Source: an uncultured Spirochaetota bacterium
GTDB lineage: Bacteria > Spirochaetota > Spirochaetia > SZUA-6 > Fen-1364
Assembly (NCBI GenBank): GCA_963745235.1
Contig: CAVUXE010000052.1
Span: 224,001-288,000, forward strand
Reading direction: 5' to 3'
Length of the DNA: 64,000 nt
The notes under the pieces were generated by a model. It was not told the origin of the DNA and did no database searches. It saw nothing but the letters and a program-made list of their open reading frames with translations. Position numbers and translations under genes: made by a program. Shown here one piece after another: positions 1 to 9,675 of this stretch (position 1 is the stretch's first letter; every line of letters starts with the position of its first letter).

Positions 1-104
1 GACATGGGAGACGGGCCGCTGCCGGCGGAGGTGTCCATCTCTATGGTGTCTGTCCCCTGCAACAGGGCGTCTATCTCGTCCTGCGAGAGCGATCCGTCAC
101 TCAT
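1..104 (-). CDS. fliY: Flagellar motor switch protein FliY/FliN, 5' end (runs off the window)
   Basis: Manual translation MSDGSLSQDEIDALLQG... contains the CheY-binding LSQxEIDxLL motif; ATG overlaps the fliM stop (ATGA). Confidence 0.85.
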   Translation of the reverse strand, partial: MSDGSLSQDEIDALLQGTDTIEMDTSAGSGPSPM

Positions 105-1132
105 GCTTCCTCTCCCTCGTCAGTGATGAGCTCCTCGAACTCCGCCTGCTCGATGTCCTCAAGCTTCTTCAGCACCTGCACGGCAATCTTGTTGCCTACG
201 ACGCCCGGCCGGCAGAGAAACTTCCTGCGATCACCGATCTTCAGCATCATCGGGTCGCTCACGCGCACGTTCTGCAGCCTGATGATGTCCCCCAGGCGCA
301 GGGCCAGCACGTCGCGCATGGTGATGTCAATGGAACCGACTTCCGCCACCAGCGTTATCTCGATGCCGGCCAGCCTGTCACGCAGCAGGCTGAGGTTCTC
401 CGTCGTCGTCCCTCTCCTCATTGAGGAATAGACGTACTGGGCGGAGAGCTTCGGGATGATGGGCTCAATGGTGAGGTAGGGGATGCAGAAGTTCATCATC
501 CCTTCCACTTCACCGACCTTCGTTTCCAGGGTCACCAGGACCACCATCTCGGACGGGGGCACGATCTGCGCGAACTGCGGATTCGTCTCGATCTGGCCAA
601 GGCGCGGCCGCAGGTCGATCACGGTGGCCCAGGCTTCCCTCAGGTTCCCGAGGATCCGCACGATGATGCCTTCGATGACCGAGGCTTCGATATCCGTCAA
701 CTCACGGGTGAACTTGGCCCCTTCCCCCTGTCCGCCGAACAGCCTGTCGATGATGGAGAAGGTCACCGCGGGGTCGATCTCCAGGATGGCAGAGCCCTTC
801 AAGGGGTCCATGTTGATGACCGCGATGGTGGTCGGGTTGGGAATTGAGCGGATGAACTCTTCGTAGGTGAGCTGGTCAACGGACGCCACGTGGACATGCG
901 CCAGGCTGCGCAGCTGGGACGACAGGGCGGTGGTTGTCTGGCGGGCGAAGGTTTCATGCATGATGGAGACGGTGCGGATCTGGTCCTTGGAGAACTTGTC
1001 TGGCCTCTTGAAGTCGTAGATCTTGATCTTGCGCTGGTCCGCGGGCGCGCTGATCTCCTCCGTGGCGACTTCACCGGATGAGATGGCGGTGAGAAGCTGG
1101 TCTATTTCGTCCTGGGAAAGGACTTCTGTCAT
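101..1132 (-). CDS. fliM: Flagellar motor switch protein FliM
   Basis: N-terminal VLSQDEIDQLL, YDFKRPDKFSKDQIR, C-terminal SpoA domain. Confidence 0.98.
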   Translation of the reverse strand: MTEVLSQDEIDQLLTAISSGEVATEEISAPADQRKIKIYDFKRPDKFSKDQIRTVSIMHETFARQTTTALSSQLRSLAHVHVASVDQLTYEEFIRSIPNPTTIAVINMDPLKGSAILEIDPAVTFSIIDRLFGGQGEGAKFTRELTDIEASVIEGIIVRILGNLREAWATVIDLRPRLGQIETNPQFAQIVPPSEMVVLVTLETKVGEVEGMMNFCIPYLTIEPIIPKLSAQYVYSSMRRGTTTENLSLLRDRLAGIEITLVAEVGSIDITMRDVLALRLGDIIRLQNVRVSDPMMLKIGDRRKFLCRPGVVGNKIAVQVLKKLEDIEQAEFEELITDEGEEA

Positions 1133-1133
1133 C

Positions 1134-1688
1134 CTACTTCACCACCGTGAACTCTCGGAACACCACGCTCTTGATCTTTCCGTTCATCATGATTGCGTTG
1201 ATGGCATCCCGCAGCTGCTCCTGAAGGTCGTCATAGTGCGCAGGGCTGAGCTCAGCCACTGTCTTCTGCGAAACAATCGTCAGGAGGAGGTTCTGGATCT
1301 CACGCTCCCGTTGGCCTATCTCCACGCTGATCTGCTTGTCCGCGGGGTCGTAGCCGAGGCTGACGCGCATGACGTACACCGCGGGTGTCTCGTCCGATGT
1401 CTGCCCCCGGATCTGGTCGATGTTGTCGTAGTATGCGAGCGGTGGCTGCTTGCTCTGGTAGGCGGGAGAAATGGCGGCGAGGTTCTGGGACGATGCGCCC
1501 TTCTTGATGGCGTTGAAGGTCACGACAGTGGTGGTGACAACAAGGATAATGACGCCCGCCCCGATTGCCGCCCACTTGAGGATGTTCAGTATCAGGCCGG
1601 AGAACAGCCCTCCCCTGCGGGGACCGCCGGCGTCTTCCGCGCCTGCGCCGACGTCTTCAAGATTCATGTCCTGCTGTTCGTCAGCCAT
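1134..1688 (-). CDS. fliL: Flagellar basal body-associated protein FliL
   Basis: Single TM helix plus C-terminal FliL-like domain (LRDAINAIMMNGKIKSVVF); directly upstream of fliM. Confidence 0.9.
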   Translation of the reverse strand: MADEQQDMNLEDVGAGAEDAGGPRRGGLFSGLILNILKWAAIGAGVIILVVTTTVVTFNAIKKGASSQNLAAISPAYQSKQPPLAYYDNIDQIRGQTSDETPAVYVMRVSLGYDPADKQISVEIGQREREIQNLLLTIVSQKTVAELSPAHYDDLQEQLRDAINAIMMNGKIKSVVFREFTVVK

Positions 1689-1706
1689 CCCCTCCCCCCT
1701 TGCGTC

Positions 1707-1736
1707 ATACTAACACGAATATACATTGGAGCGCAA
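1707..1736 (-). promoter_or_regulatory. Candidate sigma70-type internal promoter for fliL-fliM-fliY
   Basis: Minus strand TTGCGC-N18-TAGTAT with TG upstream of the -10 box, in an AT-rich patch just before the fliL RBS. Confidence 0.45.
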
Positions 1737-1762
1737 CACGGGGGCACGTGCCAACGTGTGCC

Positions 1763-1959
1763 TCAGTCTTCATTCTTGAACGCTCCGATCAACTTCCGGT
1801 ATTCAATGATGCGCAGAAAAACAGTCTGGTAGTCCTCGCGGACTACCAGCCTTTTCCCGACATCATGACGAGCGTCGTATCAGGGTTGCTTTCGATGTAC
1901 TCGATCTGGTGCGGATTGACGTAGTACGTCTTCCCGTCCAGCCTCGTGACCTCGATCAT
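1763..1959 (-). CDS. flbD: Flagellar protein FlbD (one frameshift, probably a sequencing indel)
   Basis: Manual translation MIEVTRLDGKTYYVNPHQIEYIESNPDTTLVMMSGK / RLVVREDYQTVFLRIIEYRKLIGAFKNED; restored by adding one A to an A-run near 1852; missing from the ORF track. Confidence 0.88.
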
Positions 1960-2003
1960 TCGATCCTCTCTATGGTGGCGAGAGGGTTTTCACTGCCTCT
2001 CCT

Positions 2004-3392
2004 CTACCTCTTCAGCGTCAGCAGTTCCTGAAGCATCTGATCCGAGGTGGTGATGGTCCGGGAGTTCGCCTGGAAGCCCCTCTCCGTCACGATCATGTCG
2101 GTGAACTGCTCCGCGAGATCAACGTTCGACATTTCGAGCGTTCCCGCTATCACCTTGCCTTTTCCCGCCGAGCCGGAGGGACCGACGTTTGGCTGCCCGG
2201 AGTTGTTGGACACCACGTAGGTGTTTTCCCCGTCCTTTTCAAGGCCGCCGGGGTTCGTGAAGCTGGCGAGCCCGATCTGGCCAATGACCCGGTTGGAGCC
2301 GTTGGTGTACACGCCGGTGATGACCCCGGACTGGTCGATCTTGAAGCTTTCCAGGTAACCCATCGTGTAGCCGTCCTGCCGGACCGCCTTGGTGGAGCTT
2401 GTATCCCCGAACTGCGTGATTGCGTCCCGGTAGGCGCCCACCTGGCCGAGGTTCAGATTGAAGGTCTGGCGGACCGTCGCCGCGCCCGCGGGGACGGTAG
2501 CTCCCGGCACGTCGTACGAGGCCTGCACCTGCAGCGCGCCCGCGTTGATGATGGCGCCCGCGGCGTCTCTGACGTCAGCGAGCGCCCCCAGGTTGTCGAA
2601 GTCCAGGAGGAATGTGTTGCCCGCCGCCGCGCCGTTGCCGACCTGGACCCGGGGGTTCGTTGAAGCCGGGGCGGCAGGATCGACAAGCACTTCCCCCCGC
2701 CACCTGTTGGCGACACCCGGCACCTTCGTGAAGTTGACCTGCAGCTTGTGCTGGCGGCCGAAGGAGTCATAGATGTCGAAGCTCGTCTGCCAGGTGCCTT
2801 CCTGCACGGTTTGAGCCGTCGCCCCTGCCGGAATCTCCGGCGTTCGCTTGTCCAGGTTGCTGGCAAAGAAGACGTTCGTCGTGGCGCGCGCCGGGTCCTT
2901 GCTGCCGACGGGAATCTCCAGGTCCTGCAGGTCTGACGCGTTGTTCACGAATGTCTCCCCGCCCACCGTCTGCGCCATCCATCCCTGCACCCGGCGCCCG
3001 TTTGCCGGGTTCACCAGCCGCCCGTCCTGATCCAGGGAGAACGCGCCGTTGCGGGTGTAGTACTGCTTGTTCCCGTCCTTCAGGACGAAGAAGCCGTTTC
3101 CCTGGAGGGCGACGTCTGTCATGACGCCCGTGGACTGCAGCGAGCCCTGCGTGTGGATGGTGTCAATGGTGGAGACCATCATGCCCAGGCCGACCTGCTG
3201 CGGGTTCACGCCGCCCACCTCGTCAGTGGGCTTCGCCGCGCCGGAAAGGGTCTGGGAGAGCATGTCCTGGAACGTGACCCTGCCCTTCTTGAAACCGTTG
3301 GTGTTCACGTTCGCGATGTTGTTGCCAAGCACATCCATGCGCGTCTGGTGGTTTTCCAGACCCGAAACGCCGGCCCAAAGCGACCTCATCAT
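2004..3392 (-). CDS. flgE: Flagellar hook protein FlgE
   Basis: [12 protein letters not shown]...NNIANVNT N-terminus; [28 protein letters not shown]-terminus. Confidence 0.98.
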   Translation of the reverse strand: MMRSLWAGVSGLENHQTRMDVLGNNIANVNTNGFKKGRVTFQDMLSQTLSGAAKPTDEVGGVNPQQVGLGMMVSTIDTIHTQGSLQSTGVMTDVALQGNGFFVLKDGNKQYYTRNGAFSLDQDGRLVNPANGRRVQGWMAQTVGGETFVNNASDLQDLEIPVGSKDPARATTNVFFASNLDKRTPEIPAGATAQTVQEGTWQTSFDIYDSFGRQHKLQVNFTKVPGVANRWRGEVLVDPAAPASTNPRVQVGNGAAAGNTFLLDFDNLGALADVRDAAGAIINAGALQVQASYDVPGATVPAGAATVRQTFNLNLGQVGAYRDAITQFGDTSSTKAVRQDGYTMGYLESFKIDQSGVITGVYTNGSNRVIGQIGLASFTNPGGLEKDGENTYVVSNNSGQPNVGPSGSAGKGKVIAGTLEMSNVDLAEQFTDMIVTERGFQANSRTITTSDQMLQELLTLKR

Positions 3393-3398
3393 ATGCCG

Positions 3399-3851
3399 TT
3401 ACTCCTTGCTCGCTCTTTTGATCTTCTGAACCTGGGAGAAGTCGTAATACTTTCCATTGACAAGGACCTGGGGATACTCGCCGGCTGTCACCGCGTCAAC
3501 GATCCCTGAAACGGTGGCCTCCCCGTCTGCGACATCAACCGAGCTGCCCAGCACGTTGAGCGCCTGGCTTCGGGACACCAGGTCAGCCACCTTCGAAAGC
3601 CCTTCGTTCATGTTCGTGATCTGCTCCAGGCTCGAGAACTGGGCCATCTGCGCAATGAACTCCTTGTCCTCGACGGGCTGCGTCGGGTCCTGGTGGCTGA
3701 GCTGCGTGATGAGAATCTTCAGGAAGTCGTTCCTGTCCAGGCCGGTGTTCGGCTTCCTGGTCGAGGACGGGTTCAGCGACTTGTTGAAAGCGTCCACCTC
3801 GCGGTTGACGCCGAGCATCTCCTGCGGAGACAACATCAGGGACAAATCCAT
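3399..3851 (-). CDS. flgD: Flagellar hook capping protein FlgD
   Basis: DFLKILITQLSHQDPTQP...EFIAQMAQFSSLEQ motif. Confidence 0.97.
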   Translation of the reverse strand: MDLSLMLSPQEMLGVNREVDAFNKSLNPSSTRKPNTGLDRNDFLKILITQLSHQDPTQPVEDKEFIAQMAQFSSLEQITNMNEGLSKVADLVSRSQALNVLGSSVDVADGEATVSGIVDAVTAGEYPQVLVNGKYYDFSQVQKIKRASKE

Positions 3852-3860
3852 CTCTTCCTC

Positions 3861-5102
3861 CTACACGAACAGGTTCACCAGCAGATCACCAAGGCTCATG
3901 CTCTCGACGCCAGGCACGTTCCAATCCGGCCCCGCCGGACCGGCGGGAGCGTTGACCCGCCGTATCCGCTGGGAGGGCTCCTTGTCGGGCCTGCCGTTGT
4001 CCGAGCCCTGTCCGCCCACGGAAACCTGCAGGGACGCTGTCTGGAACCCCTCCGCGGTCAGCGCCCTCATGAGGGAATCCAGGCTCCCCTCGAACACATG
4101 CTTCACCGCGGTGTTGTCCACGATGATCCGGCCCTCAATGGCATTATCGACAAGGTTCATGCGGATGCGCACACTTCCCAGCGATTCCGGCTTCAGGGTG
4201 AGCTTGATCTCCCCTCCCCCGTCACGGAGGATGATTCCTGCCGCCCTGGTCAGCTCGGAGCCCGCCATCTCGCGAAGCCGCTCGAGCGCGCCGGCCGCGG
4301 GCGCTGGAGGCGGAGCGCTTTGCCTGCGTGTCTCACGCACGGAGGTATCCGCAGCGCCGCTGTCCCGGGGGATCACAGGAACCGATGCGTCCCTGTCCGG
4401 GACCGCCGTTTTCAACGCCTTGCCTGCCGTGTCCTCTGCGGGGGAATCCCCGGGCTTTCTCCGTGCGTCCACGACGTGGAGGCGAAGCTCATGACCTTTT
4501 CGAGTTGCGGCCGGAGAAACAGCCGCGGCATGCTCTGCGGGCCCCTTTACGGTCTCTCCGTGGCTGCCTTCAAGCCGGGGGACGTTCGTGGTCCCCTGCG
4601 CCGGACCGATCCCCATGGCTGATGCGATGCCATCCGTGTGCGCGGGAGTCCGAGCAGCCTTCTTCTTGAGCTTTTTTTCGTCGTGTTCCAGCCCTTCGTC
4701 GGTTTCCCGGAAAGCCTTCACGGCATTTGCCTGCTGCTGCCCGGCTTGCTCTCCTCCAGGGAGATGGGCAACCGTCAGCTTGTGGGCGTCCGCGTCTTCT
4801 TTCCCGCCGGAAGCCAAGCGCACCTTGACGCCGTGAAGGCCGTTGGAGCCCAAGCCTTTGCCTTGCAGCCCGTCGGCGTGCGTCCTAGCCGCGGCTGTGT
4901 TTTTCTCCAGTGCCTTGAGCAGCGCTTTCTTGAAGGCTGATGAGGCTTTGAGCCCGGCCTTGACGGCCGTTGCCCTGGCTCCAATGGGGGAATGCAGGGC
5001 ATTCTTCACGGGAAGCAGAGCGCCATGCTTTGCTTTTGCGTTCCCGGCTTTTGCGTTGCCGCTGCTGAGGAGCGCCATGGGCGCCGCTGCCTGCACTCTC
5101 AA
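3861..5102 (-). CDS. fliK: Flagellar hook-length control protein FliK
   Basis: Low-complexity N-terminus; C-terminal IKLTLKPESLGSVRI FliK domain; position before flgD. Confidence 0.92.
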   Translation of the reverse strand: MRVQAAAPMALLSSGNAKAGNAKAKHGALLPVKNALHSPIGARATAVKAGLKASSAFKKALLKALEKNTAAARTHADGLQGKGLGSNGLHGVKVRLASGGKEDADAHKLTVAHLPGGEQAGQQQANAVKAFRETDEGLEHDEKKLKKKAARTPAHTDGIASAMGIGPAQGTTNVPRLEGSHGETVKGPAEHAAAVSPAATRKGHELRLHVVDARRKPGDSPAEDTAGKALKTAVPDRDASVPVIPRDSGAADTSVRETRRQSAPPPAPAAGALERLREMAGSELTRAAGIILRDGGGEIKLTLKPESLGSVRIRMNLVDNAIEGRIIVDNTAVKHVFEGSLDSLMRALTAEGFQTASLQVSVGGQGSDNGRPDKEPSQRIRRVNAPAGPAGPDWNVPGVESMSLGDLLVNLFV

Positions 5103-5722
5103 CCTCCCGTGTTCCTGGCCATCTTGCGCTGCAAGGTCGCCGCCCTGTCGGCCGGCATGATTGACAGCCAGTAGGGCACCAGGGAATCCTGACCAGCCCG
5201 CTGCGCCTGGGCTTCCACGATCCGAAAGATGTCAATGACATCCTGGTCGTCCATCTTCATCAGTATGTCGCGTGCGTTGGTCGGCGGCATGCTGGTCAGG
5301 TACCTCGCGTTCTGCTCGAGGTTTACTCTTCTATTCTCGAACGCTTTCACCCGGTCATTAAATGCTTTTTCCCGGGCGCTCAACGCGGCTTCCTTGTCAT
5401 TGAGGTCCTGCCCCAGCTGGTTGAGCTCCTTCTCCTTTGCCGTCAGGGATGCTTCCTTCGTGTCCAGGTCCTGTTGCCTGAGGACCAGCGCGTCAGCCTG
5501 CTTGGAGAGGCGCTCCTTGTCCAGCAGGTTCGGGTCGTCCGCGCTTGCCACGGCGCTGCGCTTCTGGACCCCGAGGGCCTGGTAGACCGGGGCGAGCATT
5601 GCCTTCGCGTCGATGATCCCCAGGTAGTCGAACCAGATCAGCCCTCCCAGGGTGAGGACGATGACAAGGAGGAAGAGAATGAAAATCCTTGATCCGGGCC
5701 GAACTTCACCCAACTCTGCCAT
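5099..5722 (-). CDS. flbB: Periplasmic flagellar collar protein FlbB
   Basis: TM segment GGLIWFDYLG, coiled coil, MotE-like C-terminus (VPYWLSIM); position between fliJ and fliK as in spirochaetes. Confidence 0.88.
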   Translation of the reverse strand: MAELGEVRPGSRIFILFLLVIVLTLGGLIWFDYLGIIDAKAMLAPVYQALGVQKRSAVASADDPNLLDKERLSKQADALVLRQQDLDTKEASLTAKEKELNQLGQDLNDKEAALSAREKAFNDRVKAFENRRVNLEQNARYLTSMPPTNARDILMKMDDQDVIDIFRIVEAQAQRAGQDSLVPYWLSIMPADRAATLQRKMARNTGG

Positions 5723-6206
5723 TGGCGCTCCTTGCAGCGTGGTCGTCGAGCGGATCCTCCCGCACCAGTTCCCGCCGCGTCGCCGCCGCAGTGTTTATGT
5801 CGTCGATTGTCTTGAACTCCTCATCGATCTGCCGCTCATAGGAAGCAGCCGCCTGGCGATCCTTCAGCTTGTCCAGCACCTTGCGCGCCCGCGCGGCCTC
5901 GAGGTACTTCGCACGTACCTCTTCCAGCGCGGCTCGTTTTTCAACCAGCGCGGCTTGCGTCCGCTCACCCTCGCGCGCCAATCTCTGCACGTAGAGCTCG
6001 CGCCGCGTCATGGAGTCGATGTCGACCTTGCTTCCGATTCGGAACGCTGAAAGGAAGCTCGCCGAGACTTCCTGCGCTATCTCGGCGATCCGCCTTTCCA
6101 GCAGGAGGCATTCCCCCAGGGCCTTCGCCAGGGCAAGCTCCCACTCGCGCTCCTTCCAGCGCCGGAGCTCCAGAAAGCGCTCAAGCCTGAACTGGAACCG
6201 CCTCAT
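5706..6206 (-). CDS. fliJ: Flagellar export protein FliJ
   Basis: Likely start MRRFQFRLERFLELR at 6206; coiled coil; follows fliI. Confidence 0.9.
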   Translation of the reverse strand: MRRFQFRLERFLELRRWKEREWELALAKALGECLLLERRIAEIAQEVSASFLSAFRIGSKVDIDSMTRRELYVQRLAREGERTQAALVEKRAALEEVRAKYLEAARARKVLDKLKDRQAAASYERQIDEEFKTIDDINTAAATRRELVREDPLDDHAARSANGRVG

Positions 6207-7596
6207 TCCCCTGGCCTGCGGGTATTGCGGCCCGCGCGTCCTCAAGCGTCCCTCTCGGAGCCGTCCCCAGCTCCTGTTCAGGGATTTCGATGCCCGCGAT
6301 CTCCCCCGCCATCTTCAGGGTCTGGGAAAACGATACCCTTTCCTCGATGCGCTGCCTCAGGAACTCCTCGATGGCCGGCATCTTCTCGATGGCTTCATCT
6401 ATTTCCGCGTTGCTGCCCCTCACGTAGGCCCCGACGCTGATGAGGTCTTCGGCGGCCGCGTAGGTCGCCATCAGCCTCTTGATGTACCCGGCGGCCTCCC
6501 GCGTGCGCGGCCCGGTTATGTGGACCGCAAGGCGGGAGATGGATTGCAGCACGTCAACGGCGGGATAGTGGTTGCGGCTTGCGAGCTTTCGCGTCAGAAC
6601 GATATGACCGTCCAGGATCCCGCGCACGTTGTCGGAGACCGGATCATCGATGTCGTCTCCCTCCACGAGGATGGTGTAGAACCCCGTGATGCTGCCCTTG
6701 TCGGAGGTGCCGCTGCGCTCCAGCAATTTCGGCAGGAGCGAAAACACGGACGGCGTGAAGCCCCGGTTGGCCGGCGGCTCTCCGATGGCAAGCCCGATCT
6801 CCCGCTGCGCCCGCGCGAACCTCGTGACCGAATCGAACAGGAGCATCACGTCCTTGCCGGCGTCGCGGAAATACTCCGCGATGGCCGTTGCGACGTATGC
6901 CCCGCGGATCCTGGCCAGGGGCGGCTTGTTGGAGGAGGAGACCACGATGACGGACCTTGCCAGGCCCTCGGGGCCCAGGTCGTTTTCGATGAACTCACGG
7001 ACTTCACGGCCGCGCTCTCCGATCAACGCGATCACGTTCACGTCCGCGGAGGTGTTGCGGGCGATCATGCCCAGGAGCGTGGACTTCCCTATTCCGCTCC
7101 CGGCGAAGATGCCCATGCGCTGTCCCTTTCCAACCGTGAGAAGCCCGTCCACGGAGCGGATCCCCGTGGTGATGGTTTCCTGGATCCGCCTCCTCTTCAG
7201 CACGTCCGGGGGCGTGTTGAAGGCGGAGTACCATTCCTCGGAGCCGATGTCACCCCGCACGTCGATCGGCTTGCCCATCGAATCAAGGGTCCGGCCCAAC
7301 AGCTTCTCGGAGACCGGCACGCGCAGGACCTCCCCCATGCCGATCACCATGTTCCCGATCTCGATGCCTTCCATCTCATCATAGGGCATGAGCTGGACGA
7401 CTTTCCCCCGCAGCCCGACCACCTCCGCCCAGACGACCCCGCGCCCCCGGGGGACCAGGATCTGGCAGAGCTCCCCCACCTGCGCCGCCGGCCCCAGGCT
7501 CTCCACCAGGAGACCCTGCACCTTCTCCACGACACCGGTGAACTTGATGGGATCCAGGTCGGCAAGGCGCGCCGTGTATTTGTCGAAGACCCCCAT
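6181..7596 (-). CDS. fliI: Flagellar export ATPase FliI
   Basis: Walker A AGSGIGKS, GERGREV, DSVTRFARAQREIG. Confidence 0.98.
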   Translation of the reverse strand: MGVFDKYTARLADLDPIKFTGVVEKVQGLLVESLGPAAQVGELCQILVPRGRGVVWAEVVGLRGKVVQLMPYDEMEGIEIGNMVIGMGEVLRVPVSEKLLGRTLDSMGKPIDVRGDIGSEEWYSAFNTPPDVLKRRRIQETITTGIRSVDGLLTVGKGQRMGIFAGSGIGKSTLLGMIARNTSADVNVIALIGERGREVREFIENDLGPEGLARSVIVVSSSNKPPLARIRGAYVATAIAEYFRDAGKDVMLLFDSVTRFARAQREIGLAIGEPPANRGFTPSVFSLLPKLLERSGTSDKGSITGFYTILVEGDDIDDPVSDNVRGILDGHIVLTRKLASRNHYPAVDVLQSISRLAVHITGPRTREAAGYIKRLMATYAAAEDLISVGAYVRGSNAEIDEAIEKMPAIEEFLRQRIEERVSFSQTLKMAGEIAGIEIPEQELGTAPRGTLEDARAAIPAGQGNEAVPVQA

Positions 7597-7605
7597 GATC
7601 CCTCC

Positions 7606-8532
7606 CTACTCGCCCTTTGACCTGATGGGCATGAGCTCCAGGATCCGCTCCTCGATCTCATGCAGCTGCGAGGATATGCGCGCGTCGATCTGGCCGAAGT
7701 CGGTCTCGATGATGCAGCCTCCCCTGTCCACGGAAGAGTCCTCCAGGACGGTGATGGACTTGACGTTCTCCACCATCTTCATGAAGTCCTTCACGTGCTC
7801 CGAGGTGAGCTCCAGGTCCGCAAGGTTCACGCGGATCACCACGTCGCCGCGGCTCTTGAGCTTGCGCAGGGCCTGGACGACGTTGTTGATCACAACGTTC
7901 TTCTGATTCTCCGAGATGACCTTGATGACCTTCTTCACGATCAGGAGCACGAGGTTGATGATCTGCGTCTCCGCCTCCTGGATGATCTCGTTGCGCTTCT
8001 CGATGGCCTTCGTGATGATGCTATGCAGGCTTTCAACAAGGCGCGCCACCTCTGCCTTGCCTTCTTCAAACCCCTTTTCGTGGCCGTCCGCATGGCCCTT
8101 CTCGTAGGCCTCGCGCTCGGTCTGCGTCACGCGGCTCTTGATCTCGTTCTCGAGCTCCGTTGCCTTTGTCCGGGCTTCCGCAAGGATGAGCTGGGCCTGG
8201 TCTTCCGCGTCCTGGCGGATCTTCTGGGCCTGGTTGTTCTTGCGCTTCACCTCGTCGAACGCGACCTTCTCGGCTTCCTTTTTGATCTTTTCAGCTTCCG
8301 CCTGGGCCTGGGCCAGCATCCGTTCCTTCTCGGCTTCCCAGTCCTTCTTGAACTGCTCCGCCTCGCGGCGCAGATCGTCCACGGTGGGCCCCGTGTATTC
8401 TCCCCCCCGCTCCTCTTCCTCCACCGGGCGGGCTTCCTCCACCTGCTCTTCGCTCACGATCTTGGGCGGCTCTATGAAGACCTTGCGGGAGAGGTACATG
8501 ATCTCCTGCGGCTTGAAAACGTTCTTGGCCAA
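7606..8532 (-). CDS. fliH: Flagellar assembly protein FliH
   Basis: GxxxG repeats (EKGHADGHEKGFEEG); GGCIIETDFGQIDARI. Confidence 0.96.
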   Translation of the reverse strand: MAKNVFKPQEIMYLSRKVFIEPPKIVSEEQVEEARPVEEEERGGEYTGPTVDDLRREAEQFKKDWEAEKERMLAQAQAEAEKIKKEAEKVAFDEVKRKNNQAQKIRQDAEDQAQLILAEARTKATELENEIKSRVTQTEREAYEKGHADGHEKGFEEGKAEVARLVESLHSIITKAIEKRNEIIQEAETQIINLVLLIVKKVIKVISENQKNVVINNVVQALRKLKSRGDVVIRVNLADLELTSEHVKDFMKMVENVKSITVLEDSSVDRGGCIIETDFGQIDARISSQLHEIEERILELMPIRSKGE

Positions 8533-8557
8533 TCAGCTGCTCCTTCTCCCCTTGCTC

Positions 8558-9673
8558 CTAAACGACAAGCTCCTCTTCGCCGGCGCGAGCCACGACGATC
8601 TCGCCCTGCTCCTCGAGCTTCCTGATGATGGCGACGATCCTCTGCTGGGCCTCTTCCACGTCCTTCAGACGGATGGGCCCCATGTAGTCCATGTCCTCTT
8701 TCAGCAGGGTCGAAGCGCGCTTGGACATGTTGCGGTAGATCTTGTCCTGGACCTCCGAGTCCACGCTCTTGAGCGCCTTTGCAAGCTCCGCCGTGTCCAC
8801 CTCGCGAAGGACCTTCTGGATTGCGCGGTCGTCCAGGAGGACGATGTCCTCGAACACGAACATGCGCTTCTTGATCTCTTCCGCAAGCTCCGGGTCATCC
8901 TCTTCCAGGCTCTCCACGATGGTCTTCTCCGTGGACCGGTCCACCATGTTGAGGATCTCCACGATGCTCTCCACGCCGCCGGCAGCGGTGTAGTCCTCCG
9001 AGGAGAGGGTGGAAAGCTTCTTTTCCAGCACCCGCTCAACCTCTCTCAGGACTTCCGGAGAGGTGCGGTCCATGGTCGCAATGCGCTTTGCAACGTCGGA
9101 CTGGATCTCGTGGGGCAGGCTCCCCAGGATGATGGAGGCCTTCTGCGGCTCCAGGTACGCGAGGATAAGCGCGATGGTCTGCGGGTGCTCCTGCTGGATG
9201 AAGTTCAGGAGGTGGGCCGGGTCCGTGCGCCGGATGAAGTCGAACGGGCGCACCTGCAGGGAGCTGGTGAGCCTGTTGATGATGTCCACGGCTTTCTGCG
9301 TGCCGAGGGACTTCTCCAGCAGCTCGCGGGCGTAATCGATGCCGCCCGTGGAGATGAACTCCTGGGCCATCATCAGCTCGTGGAACTCCATGAGCACAAG
9401 GTCACGCTCCTGGGGCTCGATGCTCTCCAGGCGGGCTATCTCGAAGGTGAGCTGCTCGATCTCGTCTTCCCGCAGGTGCTTGAAGATCTCAGAGGCGATC
9501 TCCGAGCCCAGTGTGACCAGGAAAACGGCCGCTTTCTGCCGACCGGTGAGCGCCTTCTTGTGCGCCCCGGCCCCCTTGGGAGTCTCCCTCTTCGTCTGCG
9601 CCTGGGCGCCGGCGGTCGTCTGTGCATCCGGCTTTTCGCGCGCGGGCGCTGCCGGCCTGAGCTGCTTTGCCAT
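8558..9673 (-). CDS. fliG: Flagellar motor switch protein FliG
   Basis: EHPQTIALIL, MFVFEDI, KDVEEAQQRI motifs. Confidence 0.98.
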   Translation of the reverse strand: MAKQLRPAAPAREKPDAQTTAGAQAQTKRETPKGAGAHKKALTGRQKAAVFLVTLGSEIASEIFKHLREDEIEQLTFEIARLESIEPQERDLVLMEFHELMMAQEFISTGGIDYARELLEKSLGTQKAVDIINRLTSSLQVRPFDFIRRTDPAHLLNFIQQEHPQTIALILAYLEPQKASIILGSLPHEIQSDVAKRIATMDRTSPEVLREVERVLEKKLSTLSSEDYTAAGGVESIVEILNMVDRSTEKTIVESLEEDDPELAEEIKKRMFVFEDIVLLDDRAIQKVLREVDTAELAKALKSVDSEVQDKIYRNMSKRASTLLKEDMDYMGPIRLKDVEEAQQRIVAIIRKLEEQGEIVVARAGEEELVV

Positions 9674-9675
9674 CC

